Origin: Octopus vulgaris
Lineage: Eukaryota
DNA: 64,000 nt
NCBI GenBank assembly: GCA_951406725.2
Contig: OX597821.1
Coordinates: forward strand, 14,942,001-15,006,000
Direction of reading: 5' to 3'
Shown here: piece by piece, positions 42,278 through 59,675 of the stretch
Numbering within the stretch: the first letter of the stretch is position 1
How the letters are laid out: the number at the start of each line of letters is the position of its first letter
Program-made: the position numbers and the translations under genes
Notes under the pieces: model-generated
Seen by the model: the letters and a program-made list of their open reading frames with translations, nothing else
Database searches by the model: none
Told to the model about the DNA's origin: nothing

Positions 42278-42340
42278 CACCTGAAGAATGACTGTAACTC
42301 GAATTTTTACGAATTGGACAGCCATGAAACGATCGTAGTG
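42278..42340 (+). ncRNA. Type I hammerhead ribozyme motif with canonical core, in a ~230-bp insert (42237-42465) between (TA)n tracts
   Basis: CAC-CTGAAGA-ATGACTGT...ACAGCCAT-GAAA-CGATC-GTA-GTG. Stem II 7/8 paired, palindromic stem III CGATCG, GUA cleavage triplet. Confidence 0.8.
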
Positions 42341-42465
42341 TTATACTAATTATCTTTTTTTAATAATTTTGATATATATTTAAAATAATATAAATGAATT
42401 AATCTTATGTATTGGCTTGGGTTTTTCATTGTATGATTTGCCTAATAGTGGTTTTATCTCTAATT

Positions 42466-45430
<2,965 letters not shown>

Positions 45431-45441
45431 TAATTTATTAT

Positions 45442-45881
<440 letters not shown>

Positions 45882-46362
45882 GTTTAAATATTTGTTGTGC
45901 AAGATTTTTTATGTGAAGTCGTGTGTTGAAACAGATATCGTTATATTTCGGAATGGTCATATTGACAGTTTAGCCAATAAAAACAAACGCACTATATATT
46001 TGGTGTTACTTTGCTTCAGTGATATTTATTTTTTACATTAATCTTAATCTTATTTCGGCCAAAGTTCTTTCGTCACACTCCTGTGACCGCATCAGTGGTC
46101 CTTTGTTTTCTTCTCACTTATTTGTGTCTCTCCTTACTAACCGTCAGCCATTTTGTATTTCTATTGTATGTCTTCATTTGCGCATGCTTATATCTCTATG
46201 TGCGTCTATGTTTATTTAGTGTGTGTGTGTGGGGGGATGCCTGTAATATTTGTATCTTCTGTTTATATACATTCTTGTAATTTGTATTTTGTTTTTGTTG
46301 TTGTTGCTTTTGTTCTAATTTTGTTCATGTGTTTACATCCACCCATTATTATCATTACATAT

Positions 46363-47292
46363 TACTATATCAACATTATTCTCTTGTGGGGGTGCCTTTA
46401 CTACTATGTTGATATCATCAACATAGCGAGAGTACATGTTTACGAGTATGGATTTCTGCAGTAGGCATTCTTTAAGCCTTCTGTCCCACCATACCATGAA
46501 GAGGTTGGCCACATCACCAGCGATACTAACACCGATGGCTGCCCCCTCGTCCTGGGCATATATTTTATTATTAAATTTAAATGTGTGGCCTTTTAGGGTA
46601 ACTCTTATACTAGCTCCTAGTGCATGTGCGATCATTTTCTTTACCTGATGGACATTTGCGGGGCTCCGTATGGCTCTGGTCCATACGCGCCATCTTTCTA
46701 TATGTGTCTTCCTAGCCATAGAAGTAATTGTAGGCGGTCTACCTCTTAAACATCTACTGGGCAGAAACTACTAAGATTATGTTTATCTAAGTATTCACTA
46801 TTATATGTCAGTCTAAGTAGGAGGCCCAGTTCTTCTGTGTCGACATTACAGAACTCCACCTGACTCTCGTTGATCATCTCCACGCACTTCTCCACTGCAA
46901 AATCTACGTCAATCGATGGGTATAGGGATACCACATCCATGCTACCTACTATACATCCTGTCAAGTCACAAGTTTTGTTACAGTCACTGATCTTGCTTAG
47001 GAGATCTTCTGTGCTGTCACACACATCAGGTGACATCCTGATTATAGGGCGTATGATCATTGAGAGGAAGTAGGAGATTCTGTAATTGCTAGCGATATTC
47101 GCTCCACAGACTGGTCTTGTTGGTGGTCCTGCTATAGGGTCAGTAAAACTTTATGGTCCTTGCGAAGTCCATACAGTGCCGGAATATCATTGTTCCAAGC
47201 TTGGAAATTCTTTGCAGTACGTTTCTGGGGTCCCAGAACAATTGTCCACATCATCATGTGGGCATTGAGGACCTTTTCTCTCCTCATGCGCC
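46363..47292 (-). pseudogene. PLE reverse transcriptase core, frameshifted fragment
   Basis: IPALYGLRKDHK / GPPTRPVCGA / VGSMDVVSLYPSID / GAAIGVSIAGDVANLFMVWWD / YSRYVDDI. Frameshifts near 47145 and 46755. Confidence 0.9.
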
Positions 47293-48200
47293 TGTACTAT
47301 GCAAAACCTATGGCCTCAAAATACCTGATCCACCGGAACTCAGCCATTGCGGGCAATGCCAAATTCAATATTTTGATGGCAGACCTCGACAGAATAATGA
47401 GAAATGTGTCACGCATGTGCGAGCCTACAGAATTAAAGAGACACATACAGTATTTCATTCACCGCATGCAGTTCTCAGGTTACAGCCATAAAGAAAGGAT
47501 CAGAGTATACAAAGGAGCCATGAAGAAATTTGATAATATATTATGTAATGATAGGAATGGGATTTGCCCACTCTATAGGAACAAGTCATGGAACACTATA
47601 GAAAGGACAAAAAAGAAAATAGGGAAGGCCAACTCTTGGTATGATAGCCATAAATACCAGAGTGTCATGTTCGTTGACACCACTCCTGGAGGTGAACTGG
47701 CGTACCGCTTTAGAAGGACCCTAGATAAACTTAAACTAAGAATTAAGGTTGTTGAAAAGCCAGGCAACCCTATCAGATCTATAATTGGTAGAACCTATCC
47801 TTTTAGTAGAACTCTCTGTACGGATAACTATTGCACCGTATGTAGATTTAGCCCACAAACAAACTGTAAAGCCAGAAATGTGGTCTATAGTATAAGATGT
47901 ATAGAGGGACGATGCAGTAACAAGACAGTAACATACGTAGGGGAAACAGCAAGAAGCATTGGAGAGCGGGTGAATGAACATTGGAGACAACTCAAGGAAG
48001 GTAAGAGCTCATCGATTCTGTACCAACACGCCGAACAGGAACACGGGGGATCAATCAATAACATAGAGATTAAGATATTGTCCACACATAGAACAGATGC
48101 AACAATTAGACAAATTACAGAAGCTACACATATAATAGAAAATAAACCTATCCTGAATAGAAAACTAGAATGGAGCAATAGCACACACCACAACATATGA
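47293..48200 (+). pseudogene. PLE RT thumb, Cys-rich linker and GIY-YIG endonuclease (open frame, 5'-truncated)
   Basis: YYAKPMASK..HRNSA, MQFSGYS, CTDNYCTVC...CKARNVVYSIRC...YVGETARSIGERVNEH...RQITEA...LNRKLEW. Confidence 0.9.
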
Positions 48201-48685
48201 CGATAGTGGATCCTGCAAACATAATAAATACATAGATAATTAAAGAAATAGAAATGAATAACTATATATATGTATATATATCTATGTATGTATATGTGTA
48301 TATATATGTATATATGTATATGTGTATATGTGTGTGTATATATATATATATATATTTTTTTTTTTTTTCGATTAGATTTATTATTATTATTATTACTAAT
48401 ATTGTTGTTATACATACATACAAGCATATGTAATGATAATAATGGGTGGATGTAAACACATGAACAAAATTAGAACAAAAGCAACAACAACAAAAACAAA
48501 ATACAAATTACAAGAATGTATATAAACAGAAGATACAAATATTACAGGCATCCCCCCCACACACACACTAAATAAACATAGACGCACATAGAGATATAAG
48601 AATGCGCAAATGAAGACATACAATAGAAATACAAAATGGCTGACGGTTAGTAAGGAGAGACACAAATAAGTGAGAAGAAAACAAA

Positions 48686-48730
48686 GGACCACTGATGCGG
48701 TCACAGGAGTGTGACGAAAGAACTTTGGCC
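48686..48730 (+). ncRNA. Hammerhead-like motif in the PLE terminal repeat; identical copy at 46057-46101 on the - strand
   Basis: GGACCA-CTGATGCG-GTCAC-aggagt-GTGAC-GAAA-GAA-CTT-TGGCC. Confidence 0.65.
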
Positions 48731-48849
48731 GAAATAAGATTATGATTAATGTAAAAAATAAATATCACTGAAGCAAAATAACACCAAATATATAGTGCGT
48801 TTGTTTTTATTGGCTAAACTGGCAATATGACCATTCCGAAATATAACGA

Positions 48850-49272
<423 letters not shown>

Positions 49273-49274
49273 AC

Positions 49275-49686
49275 AGGCGCAGGAGTGGCTGTGTGGTAAG
49301 TAGCTTGTTTACCAACCACATGGTTCCGGGTTCAGTCCCACTGCGTGGCACTTTGGGCAAATGCTTTCTGCTATAGCCTCGGGCCGACCAAATCCCTGTG
49401 AGTGGATTTGGTAGACGGAAACTGAAAGATGCCTGTCGTATATATGTATATATATGTATATGTGTGTATATGTTTGTGTGTCTGTGTTTGTCCCTCTAGC
49501 ATTGCTTGACAACCGATGCTGGTGTGTTTATGTCCCCGTCACTTAGCGGTTCGGTAAAAGAGACCGATAGAATAAGTACTGGGCTTACAAAGAATAAGTC
49601 CCGGGGTCGATTTGCTCGACTAAAGCCGGTGCTCCAGCATGGCCGCAGTCAAATGACTGAAACAAGTAAGAGAGAGAGTAAGAGTA
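49275..49686 (+). mobile_element. SINE family A
   Basis: Full-length family match. Confidence 0.92.
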
Positions 49687-50548
49687 TAGAATAGTGTCAG
49701 ATCTACATTAAAAGTAAGAAGTTGGCTGTGTTTTGTGTATGTACTCTTTCCTAAGAATAAACCGATATTTACAGCACTTTCCAAGAGTAACAAGAATCAA
49801 CAATATCATAAAACTTAGAATTACCTCAAGTAATCTCGAAAATCAACACTTGATACAACTGCTGTATGCTCAGTAGCTATTTTATTTGTAATTGCATTCA
49901 ACTAATTGTGTGAATAGTACTAACATAAATGGAAAATGTTGTATAGAATTCGTAAACGCACTCTTAACGGTAGTGGATCTGCCAAAATCAATAATAATAG
50001 ACAATCAATAAATCGCAAGTAATTATTGCTCTCAAGAAAATATCGATTAATGATAACTGCAAATCACGTATTTATTTGGATTAATTTCTCGTTTTAGATT
50101 TGGCTGAATAAATGATTCCACACATAATTGACATTTGTGTTGAAAGTAGGACAAAACAGGAGGAAAGCAAAGCGTGTTTCTTTTTCTTTTACATAGTTTT
50201 CATAATTAGTGTCTTTCATCCATACATTAGTTGCATACTTACTCACTTACTCACTTCGTACGTTGATATGCGGCTTACCTGGCGACCAAACGGCATGCAT
50301 TTTTGCCATTTTATCTAACTCCTATCAAAGAGGGAAGCAGATCTCCTAATTTCATGATTTCCTATGAATATTTGGCTACCAATTTATCAATCAATCAATC
50401 AATAACCAGCCAGCTAACACGCCTAAAAATGAAGCAGACGTTTAATTGTTCTTCAACCTATCTGCCGAACAAAATATCTACCTAGAATCTTGCCACGTAG
50501 TTCACTGGTTATGCACATAAATATTTACGATAATCTTGCTGAAGCTGT

Positions 50549-50899
50549 TGCTGTCGTTGAGCGAACGGTCTTCGTCCCAGAGCTTGCAAGGTGGGAGAAG
50601 TCCGAAACGTGGTAAGACCCACAGAAGAGAAAGCAGGTCAACCCCCGACGCCGAGAGCATCGAAGGATGGATGAATGCGGTTGCGTAGGAAGTCGGGGAC
50701 AAGAAACAGGAAGAAAGAGTGAGAGAAAGTTGGGGCGAAAGAGTACAACAGGGGTCGCCACCACCACCCCTGCCGGAGCCCCGTGGAGCTTTAGGTGTTT
50801 TCACTCAATAAACACACACAACGCCCGGTCTGGGAATCGAAACCGCGATCCTCCGACCGCGTGTCCGCTGCCCCAACCACTGGGCCATTGCGCCTCCAC
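50549..50899 (-). mobile_element. SINE family C, tail type 2
   Basis: Same tRNA-like head as 10508. 12-bp TSD TGCTGAAGCTGT at 50537-50548 and 50900-50911. Confidence 0.88.
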
Positions 50900-50986
50900 T
50901 GCTGAAGCTGTACTTTTTAAAATAGATTTTGACCTCTGTAACTTTTTAAAGCAAAATTAAGTTAAGGGAAATATATTAATATATTT

Positions 50987-51059
50987 AGGCGGTGCTCCAG
51001 CATGGCCGCAGTCAAATGACTGAAACAAGTAAAAAAGTAAAAGAAAGAGTAAAAGAGTA
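50987..51059 (+). mobile_element. 3'-terminal fragment of SINE family A or of its partner LINE
   Basis: AGGCGGTGCTCCAGCATGGCCGCAGTCAAATGACTGAAACAAGTAAAA. Confidence 0.8.
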
Positions 51060-52926
51060 ATATGTTACACAATTTGAAAACAAGCCCCAAACAGTAACAA
51101 ATCTCGGTCAGTAAACTTGCCACCGATTATTTTAACGTGACATATGTAGATTTAGTTGCTATTTTAGTTTCACATATTTCATAGTTGTAGAATGTAAAGT
51201 TCTCTGTAAGAAACCTATAATTGTTCCGTGGATATTGCAGTATTTGTTGGTTGTAAAGAAAACAGCCTAATATATTGATATTGTTTACGTCATCAAAATT
51301 TTATAATTTCGAGCGACGTGAAATAAATCGTTTTAAACAGAGGGACTCGAAGTAGATAAAGCTATAAATAATAGCGTGTAAACACTAGGTTAAAAAAGAT
51401 CTCGGTATGAAAAAAGTCGAAGGCTGCCCACGGGACAATATTTGTACGTCTGTGGTGTTTACAGTGGATGTGGGTTCATCGACTTCTTCCATCTCAGGGT
51501 TTTTGAACCCAATATTTAAACGCTATTATATATCGTTATATCCACCTCCTTTGTTACCGATAAAAGTGAATAATAGCATAATATATATTTGAAGATATTG
51601 CCATGCTGCTTCAGTTAGCCATTTTATCCATTATACATTACATTAGCTTTGCATTCAAGCAAAAGTCAAATCAAGGACATTTTGACAAAAGAACTCTTAC
51701 ACCGTGCTTACTTGCTAACACTAACCACTCCATTTTTTTTTACTCAGTATCTCATTTTTTACTACGTTTTACTACGGATAGGTAAAAAATGTTGCTTCAT
51801 TCATCTCTCCAATATTAAAGCAATTATAAGTGATTAAATCAAGCTGCCTCAATATGAGAAGGCACCAGATTTCTCGCTGATAGTTTAGAGTTACAGACAA
51901 GCAAGTATATTTTGCACCCAGTTTCTGGATCTACCTAGTTATCAACTGATGTTGTTATTGCTTACCCTCAACTCACTCTTGATTAAGTATACGTATGCTC
52001 GAAAGTCTACTGCAGCGTAATAACAATTAAAATGACTATGAACTAACACAGAAATAGCAACTAAATCTCACTCAAATCACAGGCAACCAACTTTCTGAAC
52101 TTTTTGTAGTCATGTCACACATTAGTATAAAAAAAATTTTTTTTCATTGTTTCAAACATTTGCACATTATTGCACATTTTTCTGTGAATGACTTTATTCA
52201 GGCATCGTTTATGATCTATTACCTTAGCCATTGTAGTTTTAGAGATCAGCCTGTTTAAAGAAGTAAGGTCGAATATAAAGGAAAATCAGCTGATATTTCT
52301 AGCATAAGAGGTTAGTGAGATATATTTTGCTCTATTAAACCAAGACAGCATTCATAAAACAACGAATATTTCATTGATTGATACACTGATAAGTTCAAAC
52401 CCAAATCTTTCCAGGTGAGGAAGTATTTAGGCGTAGAGCCAGCAGCCGATGATTGTTAATTAAAAAGAGCTTCAGAAATTGATAATATTCATTTGTAGAA
52501 TGATACTGGATAAATATGTTCGCGTATGGGTGTTCGTCAGAAGTACATAAAACGCTAAGCCCCATCATCAGTCCACCTTCTCAGATAAGAAAATAAATAA
52601 TTACTTTTTGAATGACTTAATGAAGCGGGAAAGCGCAGTATCAATTATGTTGCTTAGGAAATATTGAAATTAGAGGAAGGATGGGAGGAAGTTATTCTCA
52701 CACCAGAGACATGGCGCCATTAATTACAAAAGAGTAGATATGCATATGTATAAACGCACCCACACACACGCACACACTCATACAACACAAATACAGACAC
52801 GTACATCTACACGCACGCACACACATGCACACACACACACTAACACACACACACACTAACACACATACACCATTGGCAAAACTGCAACACGGCCACGGCT
52901 GACAGATTGGAATAAGTAAAAGAATA

Positions 52927-53227
52927 TCTTTATATATAAAACTAAAGTTGTGTGAGAGTCTGTCTACTCCGATTTAGATTCCTAACTACTCCCACATTTT
53001 GCGGTGCAGTTTAACCAAAACCGGGTATCTTATAGTCGTTATTCATATCGAGCCCTTCTGGGTATTAGCGTGCGTCTACGATGAGTCTACGATTTAAAAA
53101 AAAATTACCATCATTTTTCCGCATGTTTAATGATTTTGCTCGGGTTGTATAAGGGAAGTAACTCTCTAAAAATGCTTTTATAGTTATTTCCCTTACAAAC
53201 CCGAGCAACGCCGGGCGATACTGCTAG
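52927..53227 (+). mobile_element. Non-autonomous Helitron, shorter variant
   Basis: A|TC start, hairpin plus CTAG|T end, homologous to 11565-11960. Confidence 0.8.
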
Positions 53228-53394
53228 TTGGTGTATAATTGTCAGTGCAATATTCTGGATTGATCAATGAAAACATGTGCACTCTGTACTTTTGACGAAA
53301 TATATACCCACATAAATAACAACGTAATCCAAATTTATCTTAAAAGAATTTTGATTATTCAAATGTAATATTGTTTTTGCCACGATTATAATTA

Positions 53395-53954
53395 TTGGGT
53401 TGTCCGGAAAGTTGGTGCCGATTTTTAAAGGAAAGAAAAAAGTCAATAAATACTTGCCAGTATATTTTTAATCAACCAAATATGAACCATTTTGTTACAC
53501 AATGCGTCTCCATCTTTCCTTTAGCTTGAAAATACCCTCTTCCCAGAACTGAGGTGGTTTCATGGCAAAGAATTCATCAAGGTATCTTTTTACGTCATCC
53601 AAGGAATTGAAATTTTTGCCATTAAGACTATTCTGCAAAGACCTGAAAAGTGGAAATCCGAAGGGGAAATATCTGGTGAATATGGAGGGTGGGGTAACAT
53701 ATCCCAGCCGAGCTGCTGCAATTTTTGTCTGGTTCCCAAAGCATCAAGTGCCGAAAATGAACTTATCTTCCATTTTAAAGGGTTACAAATTAACACAGCT
53801 AATAGGAACATAAACCTTCTTCCACGAAAAGATAGCTTAAACTGAGCTCTAAATGGAGGTGTAGTCAAATCTTATTTTATGGAGTCAACCATGTTCTAAA
53901 ATAAGTCAAAATGTAAGCTACTATAAATCGGCACGAACTTTCCGGACAACCCAA
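53395..53954 (-). mobile_element. Internally deleted mariner element, 560 bp
   Basis: TIRs TTGGGTTGTCCGGAAAGTTGGTGCCGATTT / AAATCGGCACGAACTTTCCGGACAACCCAA with TA duplications. LGWDMLPHPPYSPDISPSDFH on the - strand. Confidence 0.92.
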
Positions 53955-54942
53955 TAGGGTAAAGTAAAACCAAAAGCAAATCAGGATTAATATTTAAACT
54001 ATTAACTCTATTTTAAAGGGATACTTGAAAAAGGGAATATATTTAAATTTTACTGTTCATGTTTAATAAGTAATAATGTATAAGCATTTAATTGAGATTT
54101 TACATAGATTAGAAAGAGGGCAACTAAAATCCATTTACTTTGTAGTGAAACAGTTTCATACATATAATCAAAATCAAGAATGACTCACATTCACACGTAC
54201 ACATTTTAATACATATTTAAAGTTAATTGCACTGATAGTAGATTGGTAATTCAATAAATAGGTTTGTCTCCTTAACTTTGATGCGATTGCAACACCGACT
54301 GCTATTATGACAGTACTAATAGCCAGAAAACATAAAAATATGAAAATATCTATGAAAAATAACAAATGAAACGTTATGAAGTGTTTTAAAATAGTATTTT
54401 CAACGTAAGTTTCTCGGAATTTAACTATTATTTCATCAATGGTTCAAGATATGCAGAAGAATTCATATTTTAGTGATAGGTTTTTCGAGATAAAATAATT
54501 TCAAGCCAAAACATCCAATTTTCCTTGCCTTCTCTTCATCTCAGACAATAATTGGAAATAGAATAGCGGCTGCTGCTAAGCAATGAAACATATTAAAAAA
54601 GTTATATTTTAAAGAAGGAAAAGAAAAGAAGTCTATTTAGGTATGAGAAAAATAAGCAATTTCCTCTTTAACTTGAGGACAATTATTATATATATCACGA
54701 ATGTGATTTTCCTTGTACGTGTGACTACGACAGAAATCAATAACTCTACATGAGAGGCCACATTAACTTTTGTCCAATCAGAAGAGATTCATTTTATTGG
54801 CATGGAGACATAAAGATTTAAAGGTAGAGTAAATTGGAATTTGTAACCTTTATATATTTACTAATGTATATTGTGATGTAGCAAAGTGAAAGACTAAATA
54901 CACTTATTAAAACCAACTTGTCCGAAAGTTGTGTGTTTTTGT

Positions 54943-54984
<42 letters not shown>

Positions 54985-55763
54985 CTCTCTGTCTGTCTCT
55001 CAGTCTGTCACTCTGTCTCGCTCGCTCTCACACACTAATGATCTATGACTTGGATCTATGAATCTATGGAATTTGTTAGAATCACATTGCGCGCGTATTG
55101 TGTGTGTATTCGGGAAATGGGAACCATAACTAGCTGAAAATAAATACACGATAGATACATTTAAGCACATTTGAATCATCGGCCGGCATTTAAAAACGTT
55201 AAACGCGTTGGAAACAATTCGATGGCATAACACAAAAGTTAATAAATAATCGATGATTGAGATCACTCTGTACACGTTACAAACTGCAATTTTAGATAAG
55301 CAATCGAAATAATGATGCATCTGTAAACATTTTAATGAATTCATTTAGATCGAAAGCATTATGATTTGCTGAACATAAATCATAAGATCTTGTTTATTGC
55401 TACGAAATATGCAGAAAAATTGAAACATTGTTTTCGATTACTCTCTCACGTTCTCGTGATTATCAGCATTACTAATTATTATTTCTTCAAAAAGCTTCGC
55501 AATATTTATTTCGGAGATTCATTGTTCACTGTTCAAATCTTGCCGAGGTCTGCGTTGCCTTTCTTTCCTCTGTGGTGAATAGAATAAAATGCTGCTCAAG
55601 TATTAGGATCGAAGTAAATGACTAACCGTCTTGTAAACGCGAGGCCTGATGTCAATATGAGAAACAACTGGTAAATATTTCTTGCTTAAGCGCAGAGTTA
55701 CGTATTTTGGAAAGTTCAACCTGTCAAATCGACTCCAGCAGTTGAATACCATTGTCGATTCCA

Positions 55764-56063
55764 AGCGTAAATAGTCATGGTTAGAGCAAGCGGACTCACG
55801 GTCGAGTGATCGCGAGTTCGAATCTCAGACCAGGCGATGTGTATGCTTATGCGCGAAACACTTAAGCTCCACGCGGCTCCGGCAGAAGGTAATGGGGAAC
55901 CTGCTGACTCTTTCACCACAACTTTCTCTCACTCTTTCCTCCTGCATCTTGCAGCTCACTTGCGACGGACCGGTGTCCCGTCCAGGTGGGGAACCTATAC
56001 GCCAAGGAAACCGGGAAACCGGCCTTATGAGCCAGGCATGGCTTGAGAAGGAACAAACAACAA
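55764..56063 (+). mobile_element. SINE family C, tail type 3
   Basis: Diverged tRNA head (GTTCGAATC), shared CTCTTTCACCACAACTTTCTCTCACTCTT body, tail TGCGACGGACCGGTGTCCCGTCCAGG...GGAAACCGGG. Confidence 0.8.
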
Positions 56064-56570
56064 TATATAAGACAAGGAACTTATGACTTGACACACTGAG
56101 GAACTTGATACTCAAACTCCTTCGCAATCACTGTAAATAACATCCATTACAATAACAGTAATCAATGTTTCAGTAATACTTGAGGATAATAATTTAACAT
56201 TTATAAAAATTATCTATAAAATCTATCTGCCAAAACATTTCGCAAACGAGCAGCATAAAAAAAATGATTAGCAGTGATTTTGAACTCTACCGCAGATTTG
56301 GCCAGAAGTGAATTTTATAACCTGTATGTTGGATAAAGTCAAATTTAAGACATTTCAGAAAATATGATTTTATATATTATAGTGATAGCAATTATATTCA
56401 CGGAATGTTATTCTGGGTTTATGTTTATATAGGAACTCACTGTATGACTGGTAATCTTACTCCCGCTGAGATGCCAAACTAAACATATCCTACATTGTTA
56501 TTGATATTACAATACTATTTCGCACACATGTATATTTAAATATAAGTATGAAAATATAGGCACATATGTT

Positions 56571-56631
<61 letters not shown>

Positions 56632-56638
<7 letters not shown>

Positions 56639-58035
56639 CAAAAATTTTATATCTTGGACATAGACTTACCCAAGGTTTCGCATCCATAAATACAAAATTT
56701 AAAATATCTACGTTGCAGATGTGGGGAAACGCTCAAAACTCGAGGATTACGTCTTAGCAAAAAAAAAAAAAAGTTAATGAAGACGAGTTATCTTCCCTGA
56801 ATGTGTGTGTGGGGGAACCCTTACAGACCTGAAGCGGCCTAACTAGAAAACGGGGAGATCCAATTTGAAGTGGATGCATTTAGAAAACACTTCTTTACGG
56901 CTGCCTAATGCGCCAGGTTTCTTATGGTCCTTAAGAATTTTGGCTCTCTCCGCGATGCAGACCTTGTAACGACCATTTCCATTAATTTACGGGCCCTGTT
57001 GAACAATCAATTTCCATCTGATGTCACATGGTGTCCCTTGATCTTTAAGGTACCATACATGGCGGGCCAAGGACGTAACAAACCCTCTTTCTGGTACTCT
57101 TAAAGATGACAGGTGGTTAAGAAAACGTGGCTTGAACAAAGTACTCGCAGAACTAATATATTTACGCACATGGACATGCCCTATTTGCACTCCTGGTAAC
57201 ACATGGCGCGGGGCTAGTCATCCCATCGGTGTCGAAGGTAAATATTTGGTCATCTTCTGAAGTGGCGGAACTTGGAACGGCAGATACCTCCTCCAAGTCG
57301 CTGATCTTGGATGGGTCATTATTTCAACGTGCGGTATTTGTACTAGTTCATTATCCGCAGCGGTGGTACCGGAGTCTTCGTTGACGTCCTCTGTGACACT
57401 GGTACCGGATTGGTTCTTATCTCTGGGTTTGGGAAGTGTATTGGCGTGAGAACTAGTTAATCTGCTAATTATATTGCTGTTTGATGGAACATCATCGTTA
57501 TTGCGGATATCAGGTCTAGATATCACCATAGCCTCATAGATGTTCCCCTTTAGGAGGGTACATGTATTGTGGTTACTTGCTAAAATTAATTGATCATCCG
57601 GGCCCGTATATTAATGGAATTGGCCATTGCAAGATCTGCATCGTGGAGAGAGCCAAAATTCTGAAAAACTATAAGAAACCTGGCGCATTAAACAACCATA
57701 AAGAAGAGATTTCTAAATATATCCACTTCAAGCGCTACTTACAGTTAGGCCTCTTCGGGTCTATAAGGGTTTTTCCCACCTCTAATTCAGGTAAGATATC
57801 CCGTCTTCATTAACGTTTTTTTTTTGTTAAGACGTAATCCTCGAGTTCTGAGCATTTCCTCACATCGGCAACGTAGATATTTTAAATTTGTATTTATATA
57901 GTCTGACAAGATGTCCACAAGGCTTTGCTTTATGGATGCGAAACCCTGGGTAACTCTATGTCCAAGAAATAAAATTGTTGTAATAATTACTGGTCTATTC
58001 TTTAGAGTGTACTTCTTTCTGACATGTTTTTTTAT

Positions 58036-58040
<5 letters not shown>
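56632..58040. mobile_element. Older Penelope-like element remnant with inverted 3' ends, between (TA)n tracts
   Basis: Arms 56632-56996 and 57600-57985. GIY-YIG C-terminal motifs FKPRFLNHLSSL..TSLARHVWYLK..IRWKLI (- strand) and PYINGIGHCKICIVERAKI..LN..EEISK.IH (+ strand). Confidence 0.8.
57896..57959 (+). ncRNA. Decayed hammerhead motif in the PLE terminal repeat
   Basis: ATATAGT-CTGACAA-G..TCCA...TGGATGC-GAAA-CCCTG-G-GTA-ACTCTAT. G8 appears mutated to A. Confidence 0.6.
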
Positions 58041-58083
<43 letters not shown>

Positions 58084-58084
<1 letters not shown>

Positions 58085-58129
58085 CTTTGATAGGTTTCGG
58101 CCAGTATAGGACTGGGCCATGTGTCTAAT

Positions 58130-58130
<1 letters not shown>
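58084..58130 (-). mobile_element. 3'-terminal stub of the LINE family at 43458-44830
   Basis: ACTTTGATAGGTTTCGGCCA matches the LINE 3' end. Also embedded in (TA)n. Confidence 0.7.
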
Positions 58131-58166
<36 letters not shown>

Positions 58167-59413
58167 TAGACATATATATATGTGTGTGAGTTTGTGTGTG
58201 TGTGTACGTATATGTGGTCCAAAAATAAAAAGATACAAAACGATGTTAAAGAACAAACATGTATTAGGATTACGCTTTAGAAAAATGGAAGAAGTCTGTG
58301 TATCTACTCGTTCATTTCTTTATCACTTTCCTCATCTTTATTCTCGTCATACTTTCTATCTCTTCCTCAAAGATATTATAACTCATATTACGTTGTTACC
58401 ACTTACATTAATGTTGACATTCTTGTTAATAATTCACAGCCATTTTCTCTCCATTTATTAATCTTACAGCTAGGTTTATAAAACACATGGTTATTTGGAA
58501 GTGTACATGTTAATGGTTTCATTAAATATATTCTCTCTAGAATAGAAAAAGCATCGAAAAATACATCAAGGGAGAAAAATCAGATTGCTAGGTCAGTAAA
58601 ACCTATTTTTCTCTTTCAATTAGTAAATTGAGTTGGATATTTATGGCCCAACAGTTGGATATTATGTCGTAGCAGCCATTACCGATGTAAAGCTCTTTCA
58701 CAATTTTTTATTCCAAAAGCCGATGAATTACTACAGACAGTTATATGAATTATATACAAATACCCGCATACATATACATATGCGTCCATAGACATTTATG
58801 GAAGCATACACACGTTAGTTATTAGTATATTGATCTGTATATGTGAGACACACGCGTATATTCATACAACCGTATGCTTACATACACATACAAATGATGT
58901 TTAGAATGACACATATCTTCGTATTCGGTACAAACAATAAGAAACTACGGCGTCGTGAGTAAACAGGGTCTTAGTAATTATTCTGTAGCCTTTGGTAAAG
59001 ATATGAAACAAATACGAAATATTTTATGCTTGAAACGTCCTCCCTGCTTTCGTTAGAACATGTTTTCTATAAGGAATGTATTTATATACCTTCTTTGCAT
59101 TCGAATATTCATAACATTTGATTTGAGAAATGGAAATCGATCAGTAAAGCATATATTAATCCATATTAAATTGTCATACACACAAGTTGATCTGTTCATG
59201 TCCCGCGTAACTAAACGCTACGAAAGATGTATGGATTTCAAATCAAGTGAAACAATCTAGGGAGTAACATGTATTACATCCATCTCTGTCACAGCTTATC
59301 AGTAGAATATATATCATGCTGGCACTATCGGGAATATTTCGCAGTAATTCTAAATCGGCTATCGATTACAATAAATGTCAAAGAAGTAAATTCCGGAGGA
59401 CCGATTGTATGAA

Positions 59414-59675
<262 letters not shown>

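Noticed and set aside
47160-47292. N-terminus of the 346-aa ORF as a real start
   Set aside because: This part is the antisense of the inverted RT segment. PLE homology on the + strand starts at about 47293.
48198-48230. Selenocysteine read-through of the PLE TGA stop
   Set aside because: The GIY-YIG domain is already complete and a TAG follows two codons later.
51390-51525. Short protein-like frame on the - strand (GFKNPEMEEVDEPTST...)
   Set aside because: About 45 codons, with no convincing splice sites or motif.
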